Part shown: positions 38,625 to 49,495 of the stretch, in pieces
Numbering within the stretch: position 1 is the stretch's first letter
How the letters are laid out: the number at the start of each line of letters is the position of its first letter
Source of the DNA: Bacilli bacterium
Lineage (GTDB): Bacteria > Bacillota_I > Bacilli_A > RFN20 > CAG-826
NCBI GenBank assembly: GCA_045601085.1
Contig: JAZRZD010000002.1
Location: 6,106 to 70,105, forward strand
DNA: 64,000 nucleotides
Direction: 5' to 3'
Program-made: the position numbers and the translations under genes
The notes under the pieces: model-generated
What the model was told of the DNA's origin: nothing
The model's database searches: none
The model's input: only the letters and a program-made list of their open reading frames with translations

Positions 38625-38698
38625 ATGGTTACCTCTTAGAAAAATATGTTATTTATATTATTCGTTTAAATATCAAATAGCAATAAATACTTATTTAA

Positions 38699-39378
38699 TT
38701 ATTTATTTCTAAACTTTTTTAAATAACATTTTTGTTCATCGCTAATTCGATAAGAATCAATTGCTTTTTGAATAGTTTTATTATGAACCCAAGGATCAAG
38801 AGTTTTATTTTCAATATAGGAAATAGTTGAATTCCATTGCTTTGTTAATGCGGTAGCAAAGAACCACGCGACCATCATTTTTACATAATATTCATCATTA
38901 TGAACATTAGCGACTAAATCTAAATATTTTTTATTAAAGTTGTCATCTAAAAAAATGACATCAGCATTTCAATGCCAAAACGACAAGTATATGTATGCTT
39001 TGATTTAATCCATTTTTTAATATTATCTAGGAGTTTAGCCTTATCTTTTGCTAACTTTTTAGGAGACATAATGTCGCATACCGCCCAGTTATCAACATAA
39101 GGAAGAAATGCATCAAGATTGTCAATAATTTCATCAATGTCTTTCATTTGAGAAATTAATAAAGCGTGTAACATGTTTTCATCATAAAACTTGTGAGGTA
39201 AGTCTTTTAAAAACAGTTTTGATTCCTCACGTTTAGAAAAAGATTTCGCAAACTCTCTTAAAACAGGCACCTTGACACCTAAAAACAAATTTGAATCAAT
39301 ACCAGGTGTTAACTTGCTTTGAAACACAGCGTATTCATGATTACTTAGTTTTAGTAGTTCTTTCTGTAAGTCATTCAT
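38699..39378 (-). pseudogene. DNA alkylation repair protein (AlkD-like), frameshifted
   Basis: DNWAVCD N-half stops at 38947; C-half (EYYVKMMVAWFFATAL...WVHNKTIQKAIDS) continues in another frame across a T7 tract. Confidence 0.8.
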
Positions 39379-39405
39379 ATATAATCCTATTTGTTTAAAA
39401 TTTTA

Positions 39406-39482
39406 TGGTCGGGAAGAAGGGATTCAAACCCTTGGCCTCTTGCACCCGAAACAAGCGCGCTATCAAACTGTGCCACTTCCCG
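39406..39482 (-). tRNA. tRNA-Pro(CGG), atypical
   Basis: CGGGAAG...CTTCCCGACCA, loop TTCGGGT; D-loop GA and T-loop TTTGAAT. Confidence 0.88.
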
Positions 39483-39484
39483 AC

Positions 39485-42400
39485 TTAAAATAATGACATT
39501 TGATCTGTTTCATCTAAATCATCAAGTACGCCTAATTCTTTAAGTGCATTGATATTAGAAGTTGTTAATTTAGTACGGGATTTTAGATCTTCAATAGAGT
39601 AAAAAGTTCCATCTTTTCTAGCTTCAGTAATAGAGAAAGCTACCGCTTCTCCTAAACCGTTTAATGTTCTAAATGGAGGGACTAGTGATTTAGTTTCTTT
39701 ATCCACTTTAAAGTTAAGATAATCACTTTGATACAAATCGATATTTCTAAATGAATATCCACGTTGAGTCATCTCAAGTGCAACATATAAACATTCAAGA
39801 ACATCTTCTTCTGTTGCAGAGATAGTTTCATTATTAAATCCTTTTGATTTTGCCTGCAATTCCTCAATTTTTGCAATGATTTCTTTCTCACCTTTAATCA
39901 TACTGGAGATATCAAATTTATCTGCCTTAATTGAGAAATAAGCAGCGTAATATGCTAATGGATGATACACCTTAAAGTATCCTGTTCTAAGAGCCATAAT
40001 GGTATATGCAGCAGCGTGAGCCTTAGGGAATAAGTACTTAATTTTATCAGCACTTTCCATCCACCATGCAGGAACATTATTTGCTTGCATTAATTCTTTT
40101 TGTTCAGGGGAAAGGAACTTATCTTTTTTACGGACAGTTTCCATAATCTTAAAGGCATTACCTTTTGATAATCCCATGCTTTGTAAATAAATCATAATGT
40201 CATCACGACATCCAATAATGCCATTAATATCTGTAACGCCTTGATCAATTAAATCTTCGGCATTGCCTGTCCATACATCAGTACCATGGCTTAAACCTTG
40301 AATAACCACTAATTGTTGGAATGTAGTAGGTTTGGTCTTTTCTATCATTTGTCTAACAAAGTTAGTACCGAATTCTGGAAGCGCTAAAGCGCCAGTTTTT
40401 TGGTTCATATAATTTCTTTTCATATTTAATGCATATGTTGATGTAAATAATGAAAATACTTTTCTATCATTTAACGGGATTTTAAATACATTTGTGCCAG
40501 TTAAGTCACAACAAAATTTAATTACTTGTGGTTCAAATTGACCTAATAAGTCAAACTTTAGAAGCATATCGTGCATCGAGTTAAAGTCAAAATGAGTTGT
40601 ACACCAATCAGAGTCTGCTTTATCTGCAGGATATTGAATTGGGGTAAATTCATTAACATCTCTATCTAAAGGAATAACAATAACTCCACCAGCGTGTTTA
40701 CCTGTAGAACGTTTAACATCAACACATCCAGCGGTCAAGAAATCTAATTTAGCTTTTGGAACACTATCTACAGGTATATTTTTAGCTTCTAAGTACTTTT
40801 TGACGGTGATTTTTGAAGAATCGAAAGCAGTTTTACCAATTGTGCCTGCTCTAAAAATATGATCTCTACCTAATAATTCACGACAGTAGTTATGAGCTTT
40901 TTGTTGATAGTCACCAGCAAAGTTAAGATCAATATCAGGTACTTTCTTTTCGCCCTCAGCGCCTAAGAATGTTTCAAAAGGAATGTCTTGTCCTTCGTTA
41001 ATCATCTTTTCTCCACAAACTGGACATACTTTATCAGGTAAATCATATCCAGATTTTGCTTCTGGGAATTCTTTATCAGACCATTCAAAATGATGACACT
41101 TTGGACATACATAATGTGGTCTAAGTGGATTAACTTCAGTAATACCACATAAGGTTGCTACAAATGATGAGCCAACACTACCACGGCTACCAGCAATGAA
41201 GCCGTCTTCATTAGCTTTCTTAACAATCATATGAGCATAGTAATAAACGACTGCGTATCCAGAATCAATGATTTTAGCGAGTTCAGTTTCACATCTTTCA
41301 ACAATTTCTGGATCAGGATTTTCTCCATATGTACGATGCATACTGTCTCTAGCAAGAGAAGCAAGAATATCGTTAACACCTTCAATATTTGGTGCAAAAG
41401 TCTGCTTTTTTGGAATAATTACTAATGGTTCAACCATATCAGCAATCGTATTTGAATTAGTAACAACAATCTCGAAAGCCTTATCTTTATCTAGGTATGA
41501 GAAAGCCTCCAACATTTCATTAGTAGTTCTAAAATGTTGGTTTGGAGATTCAATTTCACCGTATTTAACAATATCTTCATTTCTTGGTTTTAATGGGTGG
41601 TTTCCACCTCCAATAACTGGAGCACCAATAAAGATTTCTCTAAATATCTTTTCTTCTTTTTTAATATAGTGGACATCTCCTGTTGCCACTACTGGAATAT
41701 TTAACTCATCAGCACATTTAATAATATCTTCATGATATTGGATAATTCTTTCTTTAGTTAATTCATGTAGGTCATATAAGCAGGAATAGTTTTCTAATGG
41801 TTGAAGTTCTACATAATCATAGAAACTAATTGTTTCTTTTAATTTTTCTTCACAATCATACCTAGCGCTTCTAAATACCTCACCATTTAAACAAGCTGAA
41901 CCAATAATTAAGTTCTTTCTTCTTTTAACTAATTCACTTTTTGGAACTTTTGGTTGTCCTGCTAAATATTTAACATGACTTAGGGAAACTAATTCATATA
42001 AATCTCGTAAACCTGCTTTATTTTTAGCAATAGCAATACAGTGCCTACCTCTAATTTGTGTTAATAATTCAACATTCATTGGTAAAGAGGCTAACTCTTC
42101 ATGAGTCATATCATGATTCTTTTCAGTGAATAGATAAATCATCTGCATCCAGCAGTTACCTAATACTTCAGCATCGTAATCCGCTCTATGGGCACTATCT
42201 TTATCGTAATCAACTTTAAAGAACTTACATAAAGCGCCTAAGTTATGTGAACGTTTACCTGGAGTTAAGTATAAAAATAAGTTAAGTGTATCAATTACAG
42301 GATTATTTAATTCTGGACCACCATTACGTAATATTTCTTGCTTTAGTAAAGGATAGTCAAAGCTTGCGTTATGGGTAACAATAATTGCGTCTCCAATGAA

Positions 42401-43888
42401 GTCAATAATTTGATTCATTACTTCTTTAAATGACTTTGCATCTTTAAGCATGTCATCGTCAATTCCAGTAAGATCAACAATCTTATCAGAAAGTAGTTCT
42501 CCTGGATTGACCATAATATCTAATGAATCAACAATTCTTCCTGATTCATATTTTTGAGCACCAAATTCGATAATCTTATCGTATCTAGTTGATAGTCCAG
42601 TAGATTCTAAGTCAAGAACTACATATTTAGCATTATTTATTGGGGTTTTGCAGGGATTATAGATATATGTTGGTTTGTCTTCTACCAAATTAAATTCACA
42701 TCCATAGATAGCTTTAACACCACTTTTTTCACTAGCATGTTCAGCGGCTGGGAAAGCTTGAACAACAGCATGATCAGTAATTGCTAATGCTTTATGACCT
42801 AGAGCTTTTGCATAAGAAAATAAACTATCAGCATCTGCTAAACCATCTTGTGCAGACATATTAGTGTGGCAATGTAATTCAACTCTTTTAACTTCAGCTT
42901 CATCAGGAGCAATTACATCAGGTTCAATCAAGTTAATTAAATGTCCATAAATATAAAGTTCATTAGTGTATCTATCTACACCAACAACACCTCTAACTCT
43001 AACATTACTGCCTCTTTTAATATGTTTAATTTCTTCGGTACTATATTGGTTATTCTTAAAACGAATTCTAAAGTTAATACAAGCACCTTTTTCATCTACT
43101 AAACCATAACGAATACGAGCAGTATCGAGTTTAATGTTTTCTTCTTCAACCCAGAATACTTTAGCGGTTAAATCAATATTTCCACTATTAGAATCTAATG
43201 AATCAATAAATTCAACATGACGATAACCACCACGTTTATTTAATCTCATACGTTCACGGTCAATCTTTAGTTGTTTCATATTGTTTTCAATGATTTTAGA
43301 GATATCATCACCAACATCTTCAATAACCTTTTGATGATCTTCGTTATTCTTTTTAGCGACTTCTTCTAAATCAACTTTTGGTTCTATAGAAGCGCTTGCA
43401 GCTTCTTCTAAGACTTGTTTTTCTTCTTCAGACACTTTAGCGTATGGCTTAACTGTATCAATGATGACAAAGTCATAAGATAAGAATTTTAGATATTCTT
43501 TAAAATCATTAATTGCAGGAGAAAACTTTTCTTTTTCTTCTTCAGAAATGTAATCAATATGAATGTAATCATTCTTATCAGGAACAATCTTAAGATCTAA
43601 AGGCACACGATAAATGGATTGATACCAGTCATGTAATAATGCAACAACATTATCACTATCAGGGTGCTTACGATATGTGAATTGTAATGTGTATTTGTAA
43701 TTAATATTATTTAACGCTTCAATAAATTCATTTGCTAATTCATATTCCCAAGGTGTTTCTTTGAGGATAATCATGTTTATTGTGTCACGGTCAAAACGGT
43801 TTCTTCCAACCATATCAAAAGACATATCAAATCTTTCGATATTGTTAAGTTTGATGCTTTTTAGAAATCTTTCAATCTTATCATCCAT
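39485..43888 (-). CDS. polC: DNA polymerase III PolC
   Basis: ELHCHT PHP domain, VVLDLESTG exonuclease, GSRGSVGSS, VPDIDLNF. Confidence 0.97.
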   Translation of the reverse strand: MDDKIERFLKSIKLNNIERFDMSFDMVGRNRFDRDTINMIILKETPWEYELANEFIEALNNINYKYTLQFTYRKHPDSDNVVALLHDWYQSIYRVPLDLKIVPDKNDYIHIDYISEEEKEKFSPAINDFKEYLKFLSYDFVIIDTVKPYAKVSEEEKQVLEEAASASIEPKVDLEEVAKKNNEDHQKVIEDVGDDISKIIENNMKQLKIDRERMRLNKRGGYRHVEFIDSLDSNSGNIDLTAKVFWVEEENIKLDTARIRYGLVDEKGACINFRIRFKNNQYSTEEIKHIKRGSNVRVRGVVGVDRYTNELYIYGHLINLIEPDVIAPDEAEVKRVELHCHTNMSAQDGLADADSLFSYAKALGHKALAITDHAVVQAFPAAEHASEKSGVKAIYGCEFNLVEDKPTYIYNPCKTPINNAKYVVLDLESTGLSTRYDKIIEFGAQKYESGRIVDSLDIMVNPGELLSDKIVDLTGIDDDMLKDAKSFKEVMNQIIDFIGDAIIVTHNASFDYPLLKQEILRNGGPELNNPVIDTLNLFLYLTPGKRSHNLGALCKFFKVDYDKDSAHRADYDAEVLGNCWMQMIYLFTEKNHDMTHEELASLPMNVELLTQIRGRHCIAIAKNKAGLRDLYELVSLSHVKYLAGQPKVPKSELVKRRKNLIIGSACLNGEVFRSARYDCEEKLKETISFYDYVELQPLENYSCLYDLHELTKERIIQYHEDIIKCADELNIPVVATGDVHYIKKEEKIFREIFIGAPVIGGGNHPLKPRNEDIVKYGEIESPNQHFRTTNEMLEAFSYLDKDKAFEIVVTNSNTIADMVEPLVIIPKKQTFAPNIEGVNDILASLARDSMHRTYGENPDPEIVERCETELAKIIDSGYAVVYYYAHMIVKKANEDGFIAGSRGSVGSSFVATLCGITEVNPLRPHYVCPKCHHFEWSDKEFPEAKSGYDLPDKVCPVCGEKMINEGQDIPFETFLGAEGEKKVPDIDLNFAGDYQQKAHNYCRELLGRDHIFRAGTIGKTAFDSSKITVKKYLEAKNIPVDSVPKAKLDFLTAGCVDVKRSTGKHAGGVIVIPLDRDVNEFTPIQYPADKADSDWCTTHFDFNSMHDMLLKFDLLGQFEPQVIKFCCDLTGTNVFKIPLNDRKVFSLFTSTYALNMKRNYMNQKTGALALPEFGTNFVRQMIEKTKPTTFQQLVVIQGLSHGTDVWTGNAEDLIDQGVTDINGIIGCRDDIMIYLQSMGLSKGNAFKIMETVRKKDKFLSPEQKELMQANNVPAWWMESADKIKYLFPKAHAAAYTIMALRTGYFKVYHPLAYYAAYFSIKADKFDISSMIKGEKEIIAKIEELQAKSKGFNNETISATEEDVLECLYVALEMTQRGYSFRNIDLYQSDYLNFKVDKETKSLVPPFRTLNGLGEAVAFSITEARKDGTFYSIEDLKSRTKLTTSNINALKELGVLDDLDETDQMSLF

Positions 43889-43898
43889 GTCTTAATAC

Positions 43899-45227
43899 CT
43901 ACAAAATTAATGTGAATACATCTTTAAACAAGATAAGAATCATCAAACCAATAAGAAGAATCATTCCAATAGCAGAAGCAATAGCCTTAAATTTAGCAGG
44001 TACTTCTTTCTTTGTAATGGCTTCAATAACAATAACAAGTAAATGCCATCCATCAAGTCCTGGGAATGGGAATAAATTAAATATAGCGAGGTTAACAGAA
44101 ATTAATCCCCACATATAAATAAAGATTCTTACTCCATAGTTTCTTAAATAGTTAGACATTGTAAATCCAATACCCAAAATACCAGATGTATTCTTCCATC
44201 CATCTGGGGTTGTAAATATTGCTCCAAGTCCTCTAAATACTGCAGTTGCGGAATCTCCAAAATCAACGAATGTACCTGCAAGAGCTTCACCAAAAGTATT
44301 GTTATGTTCATATAAATAAGTCTTAACACCAATTGGTTCAAATTTACGCACATCATCTTGGTTAACAACATCAAGTTTAATAATGTGATCTGTAAAGATT
44401 GTTTCTTCCTCTTCTTTGATAAAAGATTGGAAATTTGCCTGCAAATATGCCACATTTTGATAAACAGAAGAATTTAAATCTAATGGGAAACCATAATCAG
44501 GAACCTTAATATCATGGTCTTCTTTATCTTTAACAGTGGTTGTTTTGAAATAATATAGACAGTGGTCATAATCACGTTCATTAAATGAGACATTTTCAGT
44601 TTTAAATACAACACAATAGTTATCAAAAAGAAGATTATCAGAAGAATCGTATAATTTAACTCCTGTGTCAAAAACTGCATATGCTTGGTTATTAGAATCA
44701 ACTTCACATTTAATTGCGTCAAATGATAATAAACCCGCTTCACTTGCAGGAGTATCATCCACTACTTCAACGACATTTAATCCCACAAATCCCTGTTGAG
44801 TAAAAAACATTTCTCCAACAAAGAATATTACTAGAGCAAGAAGAGCGTTCATGGTAACACCTGCTACCATAACTATTGCTCGAGCCCATTTAGGTTTATT
44901 ACATAATCTTCTTTCAGCAGGAACACTTTCTAATAAAAGAGTAGTTTCATCTTTTTCTTCATCACTATTATCGTCATCAGTAGGAGGATTTTCACCTGCC
45001 ATAGAAACATATCCCCCAAAAGGAATAGCTCTAATAGAAAAATATGTTTCACTATTTTCTTTTTTCTTATGCAATAATGCTGGACCAAACCCAATTGAGA
45101 ATTCATTACAAAATACTCCAAATGATTTAGCAGCGATTAAGTGACCTAATTCATGAACCACAATTAAAAGAGATAAACAGATGATGAATAAAATAATGAA
45201 TAGAATTGTGTATAACCAATCTGGCAT
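43899..45227 (-). CDS. rseP: RIP metalloprotease RseP
   Basis: VVHELGH, IPFGGYV, NLFPFPGLDG. Confidence 0.93.
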   Translation of the reverse strand: MPDWLYTILFIILFIICLSLLIVVHELGHLIAAKSFGVFCNEFSIGFGPALLHKKKENSETYFSIRAIPFGGYVSMAGENPPTDDDNSDEEKDETTLLLESVPAERRLCNKPKWARAIVMVAGVTMNALLALVIFFVGEMFFTQQGFVGLNVVEVVDDTPASEAGLLSFDAIKCEVDSNNQAYAVFDTGVKLYDSSDNLLFDNYCVVFKTENVSFNERDYDHCLYYFKTTTVKDKEDHDIKVPDYGFPLDLNSSVYQNVAYLQANFQSFIKEEEETIFTDHIIKLDVVNQDDVRKFEPIGVKTYLYEHNNTFGEALAGTFVDFGDSATAVFRGLGAIFTTPDGWKNTSGILGIGFTMSNYLRNYGVRIFIYMWGLISVNLAIFNLFPFPGLDGWHLLVIVIEAITKKEVPAKFKAIASAIGMILLIGLMILILFKDVFTLIL

Positions 45228-45229
45228 CT

Positions 45230-46387
45230 CTATCTCCCTAATTTTTCTACAAGCTTATGAGCGACTTGTCTTGTTAGTTTATCACATTTAATTATTTCTT
45301 CTATAGAAGGATTTATAATATTTTTGTTTTTCTTCATACAAATAGAAATAATTTCTTCTATATCTAAAAACTTAATTTTACCCTTCAAAAAGGCATATAC
45401 CGCTACTTCGTTTGCAGCGTTAAGTACTGCCCCATATGTCCCTTTTTCTTTAATAACTCTTTCTGCCCATTTAACAACAGGAAATCTATCATAATCAAAG
45501 TCTTTAAAAGTAAGATCAGTAAGCTTATGATAATCCTTCACTTTATAAGTCACAAAAGGACATAGTGTTTCAAATAATGCGTATTTGATAGGTTTTTTCA
45601 TATCAGGATGACATTTCTCTAAACGATATGAACCATCATTATATTTCACCAAAGAATGAACATAACTTTCTTTATGAAGTAATAAATCAATCTTATTATA
45701 TGGGTAGTTAAATAAATAATGTGCTTCGATTATTTCAAATGTTTTATTAACCATAGAAGCGCTATCTATAGTTATTTTGGCACCCATATTCCATGTAGGA
45801 TGCTTTAAAGCATCTTCAGCAGTTACATTATCTAAATCTTCTCTTTTACCATCTCTAAAAGCACCACCAGAAGCGGTAATAACTAATTTATCTACATTCT
45901 TATTTTCTACCTGTAAACATTTCGCTATAGCGACATGTTCACTATCTATTGGATAAAGTTTGCCGTGTCCTGCTTTAAGCATCTTATTAATAAGTTCGCC
46001 ACCAACGACTAAAGATTCTTTATTAGCAAGCGCAACTATTTTATCTAGTCTTAATGCTTCTACAGTAGGTAGTAATCCTACAAATCCTACAAGAGCGTTT
46101 ACCATCATTTCATATGGGCATTCTTTAACTAAAGAAATTAACCCATCATCGCCATAATAAAATTTAATATTTGGGTATTTTTTGCTGTATGTAATAAATT
46201 TTGATTTTTCTTTAACACAAACGTATTTACATTCAGGATGAGCTTTTAAAATATAAGAAATACATCTAGTTCTACTTCCAACTGAAAAACCTAAAAGTGT
46301 AAATCTATCTTTGTTATCTTTAATGACACTTAAAGTTTGGCTTCCAATACTACCAGAAGCCCCAAGTATTAATAGAGACCTTCTCAT
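45230..46387 (-). CDS. dxr: 1-deoxy-D-xylulose-5-phosphate reductoisomerase
   Basis: LGASGSIG, ANKESLV, PIDSEH, W.MGAKITIDSA. Confidence 0.95.
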   Translation of the reverse strand: MRRSLLILGASGSIGSQTLSVIKDNKDRFTLLGFSVGSRTRCISYILKAHPECKYVCVKEKSKFITYSKKYPNIKFYYGDDGLISLVKECPYEMMVNALVGFVGLLPTVEALRLDKIVALANKESLVVGGELINKMLKAGHGKLYPIDSEHVAIAKCLQVENKNVDKLVITASGGAFRDGKREDLDNVTAEDALKHPTWNMGAKITIDSASMVNKTFEIIEAHYLFNYPYNKIDLLLHKESYVHSLVKYNDGSYRLEKCHPDMKKPIKYALFETLCPFVTYKVKDYHKLTDLTFKDFDYDRFPVVKWAERVIKEKGTYGAVLNAANEVAVYAFLKGKIKFLDIEEIISICMKKNKNIINPSIEEIIKCDKLTRQVAHKLVEKLGR

Positions 46388-47403
46388 AATAATGATCCAA
46401 AAGTAATCGGACAATTCGTACAAATAGCGAATATGTTAATAAATATTGCACTTATAGCGGCAGTAAAGACCACACTATCAATACGGTCAAGGACACCACC
46501 ATGGCCAGGCAAAATATAGCCAAAGTCCTTAATGTTATATGTTCTTTTAATAGCGGAGAACGCTAAATCACCAATCACAGCAACAAAAGGAATAACTAAA
46601 GCGAGAATTAAAATTAAATACCAATGGTCTAAATCTAATATTCCAGGTAATATTGGATGATCCACTAAAGCGAGAATAAACCCTAATAAGAAACCAAGAA
46701 TTCCACCAATAATAATTCCACCGAAGAATCCTTCCCAAGATTTTTTAGGAGAAATACGCTCATTTAGACGGTGTTTTCCAAACAAAACGCCAACAAAATA
46801 CGCACCAGCATCGTTTAGTAATGCTGATGCAATTACAAATATCATTAATGTGGAATTTTCTAAATTATATGTAGTATTCCAATAAGTTAAAGAAGGATCG
46901 CTATAATAAGAAAGTGCGCTTGGGAAATATCTTAAATATAAGCAAGCTTGTATTCCAACAGCAATAATAAAGAAGCTAAAAAACATTACTGCAGCATCTT
47001 TAAATGAGAAGTCTTCTTTAAATATAGCGAACATTACTAAAATAAACGCCCCAACAAATGACACGCTTAAAGGCGCATATGGAGAAAGGAAATACGTAAA
47101 AATATGACCGCTATCAAGAGGTTCTCCACTAATCGCACATAATATAAATGGGAACAAAACGAATGTAACAACAAATATAAATGCAATAAATGAGTATAAA
47201 AGATTTGCTTTAGGGCGAATCATATTAATAATTTCATAACAAGCTAAGAAACATGCTGGAAGCATGAGCCCAAGAATAAAGAAATCACCAAGAAATATAC
47301 ATGGCAAAACTACTGCAATAGCAATTAATGCAGTAATAATTCTTGTATTCATCGATTTTTTAGTATCGTTAGAAAGTTCGTTTGGTTGTAACTTATTTTT
47401 CAT
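46384..47403 (-). CDS. cdsA: Phosphatidate cytidylyltransferase
   Basis: SPKKSWEG, GDLAFSAIKR, PGHGGVLDRIDS. Confidence 0.95.
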   Translation of the reverse strand: MKNKLQPNELSNDTKKSMNTRIITALIAIAVVLPCIFLGDFFILGLMLPACFLACYEIINMIRPKANLLYSFIAFIFVVTFVLFPFILCAISGEPLDSGHIFTYFLSPYAPLSVSFVGAFILVMFAIFKEDFSFKDAAVMFFSFFIIAVGIQACLYLRYFPSALSYYSDPSLTYWNTTYNLENSTLMIFVIASALLNDAGAYFVGVLFGKHRLNERISPKKSWEGFFGGIIIGGILGFLLGFILALVDHPILPGILDLDHWYLILILALVIPFVAVIGDLAFSAIKRTYNIKDFGYILPGHGGVLDRIDSVVFTAAISAIFINIFAICTNCPITFGSLL

Positions 47404-48121
47404 CAATGGCACCAAATCTACGATCACGATTTTCGTAGTCCTTTAAACATTTTCTAAGTTCTTCTTTTGTAAAATCTGGCCAATACGTATTTGGGAATAA
47501 GAATTCTGCATACGCTAATTGGTAAGGCATATAGTTAGAAGTACGAAGTTCTCCACTAGTTCTAATTAATAAATCAACTGGTGGTAAATCTTTTGTATAT
47601 AAGTAATCATTAAAGTTATCGATATTAAGAGAATCTATATCAATTTTGCCATCTTTTACATCTTGAGCAAATGCTTTAGCGGCTCTAACAATTTCTTGTT
47701 TACCACCATAATTTAAGCAGATATTGAATGTAAAATTCTTACAATCTTTAGTTTTATTAATAGCATCATTTACGGTTTTTTGTGAATGTTTTGGAAGTTT
47801 AGAAATATCTCCACTAACAATTACTCTAGAACCATCTTTAATAAGTCTAGCGATTTCACGTTTAAAGAAAATATCTAAGTAGTTGAACAAGTGGTTAATT
47901 TCATCTTTAGGACGATTCCAGTTTTCAGTGGAAAAAGCATATAAAGACATAACTTTAATATCTTGAGCTAAGCATTCTTCATAGATTTCAATAATACGGT
48001 CACATCCTGCTTTATGGCCTAAATGACGAGGCAAGTTTCTTTGTTTTGCCCATCTGCCATTTCCATCCATAATAAAGGCGACATGTTGAATCTTCTTTTT
48101 TTCCATATTTCGATTATACAA
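47393..48121 (-). CDS. uppS: Undecaprenyl diphosphate synthase
   Basis: IMDGNGRWA, FSTENW.RP, IRTSGE.R.SN. Confidence 0.95.
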   Translation of the reverse strand: MYNRNMEKKKIQHVAFIMDGNGRWAKQRNLPRHLGHKAGCDRIIEIYEECLAQDIKVMSLYAFSTENWNRPKDEINHLFNYLDIFFKREIARLIKDGSRVIVSGDISKLPKHSQKTVNDAINKTKDCKNFTFNICLNYGGKQEIVRAAKAFAQDVKDGKIDIDSLNIDNFNDYLYTKDLPPVDLLIRTSGELRTSNYMPYQLAYAEFLFPNTYWPDFTKEELRKCLKDYENRDRRFGAIDEK

Positions 48122-48182
48122 AAAATATCCCGCTTTTTCATTAAAAATGAATTAGAGGGATATATTATTTATAGGGATTTTA

Positions 48183-48728
48183 CTATAAAGTTGTAATTTC
48201 TTTTTCTTTTTCAGCTACGATAACATCAACTTGTTTAATTGCTTCATCAGTGACTTTTTGGATATCTTCTTCAATACGTTTTTGATAGTCTTCACTGACT
48301 GAATCATCATTCTTAACAAAGTCCATATAATCACGTCTTACATTACGGATAGAGACTTTTGCTTCTTCACCATATTTATGAGCTTGTTTAACAATCTCAT
48401 TTCTACGATCACCAGTTAATGCTGGAATGATTAATCTAATAACATTCCCTTCATTAATTGGATTAAGGCCTAAATCGCTTGCGTTTAACGCTGCAACGAT
48501 GCTTTTAACATCATCTTTAGAATATGGCTTAATTAATAATTGTCTTGGTTCTGGTACAGAAATTGAGCTAATTTGGTTGATTGGGGTTGGAGAACCATAA
48601 TAATCAACGTTGATGCTATTAAGCATAGCTGGAGAAGCTCTACCAGTTCTTAAAGTGGACAATGAGTTTCTTAATGAGTCAATTGATTTTGACATTGCCA
48701 CTTGGGCTTCTAATGCTGTTTCTTCCAT
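48183..48728 (-). CDS. frr: Ribosome recycling factor
   Basis: LRTGRASP, SIRNVRR. Confidence 0.95.
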   Translation of the reverse strand: MEETALEAQVAMSKSIDSLRNSLSTLRTGRASPAMLNSINVDYYGSPTPINQISSISVPEPRQLLIKPYSKDDVKSIVAALNASDLGLNPINEGNVIRLIIPALTGDRRNEIVKQAHKYGEEAKVSIRNVRRDYMDFVKNDDSVSEDYQKRIEEDIQKVTDEAIKQVDVIVAEKEKEITTL

Positions 48729-48730
48729 AA

Positions 48731-49447
48731 TTAATTTCCTTTCTTACAAGTGGTTCCCATTGTATCTCCATGAGCAACTTTAACATAGTTACTTGGATCT
48801 TTAGAAGAGAACACACGGATTTGTATATCAGTATTTTTTAAAATTTGCACTGCAGTTTGATCCATAACCATAATACCTTTTTCAATCATCTCATCAAAAG
48901 TAATTGTTGAGATAAATTGAGCATCACTATGTTTTGTAGGATCTTTATCATAAACACCATCAACACCATGTTTGCCCATTAAGATGGCTTCACATTTGGT
49001 TTCAACTGCTCTAGTGGCAGCGCCTGTATCTGTGGTGAAATATGGTTTACCAATTCCTCCGGCAAAGAAGCAAACTTTACCATCTGCTAAATCAGCGTTT
49101 GCTTCATCTGGATTATATTCTTTAACCCTATCTGAAACCTTGCCTAATGCGGAAAATACTGTAGTTTTGACGCCTTTTTGCTCTAAAGTTGAACTTACTG
49201 CTAAAGCGTTAATGACTGTTGAGAGCATACCCATGTAGTCACCACTTACTCTATCAAAACCAACCTTAGCTTGGACAGCACCACGGCAGATATTTCCTCC
49301 ACCAATAACGATACCAATTTCTACTCCTTCATTATGTAAAGAAGTGATTGTGTCTGCTAATCCAACAATAGTATCGCGGTCAAAGATATCAGCGCTATCG
49401 TTTGATAAGCCTTCTCCGGAAAATTTTAACAATACTCTTTTATACAT
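48731..49447 (-). CDS. pyrH: UMP kinase
   Basis: LLKFSGE, IGGGN, DYMGML, FTTDT. Confidence 0.95.
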   Translation of the reverse strand: MYKRVLLKFSGEGLSNDSADIFDRDTIVGLADTITSLHNEGVEIGIVIGGGNICRGAVQAKVGFDRVSGDYMGMLSTVINALAVSSTLEQKGVKTTVFSALGKVSDRVKEYNPDEANADLADGKVCFFAGGIGKPYFTTDTGAATRAVETKCEAILMGKHGVDGVYDKDPTKHSDAQFISTITFDEMIEKGIMVMDQTAVQILKNTDIQIRVFSSKDPSNYVKVAHGDTMGTTCKKGN

Positions 49448-49495
49448 AGTTTCTCCTATAAAAAAGGCATCAATAAAGATGCCTCTAGTTTTTAA

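Noticed and set aside
38625-38698. Purine riboswitch upstream of guaB
   Set aside because: Region is short and AT-rich with no aptamer consensus.
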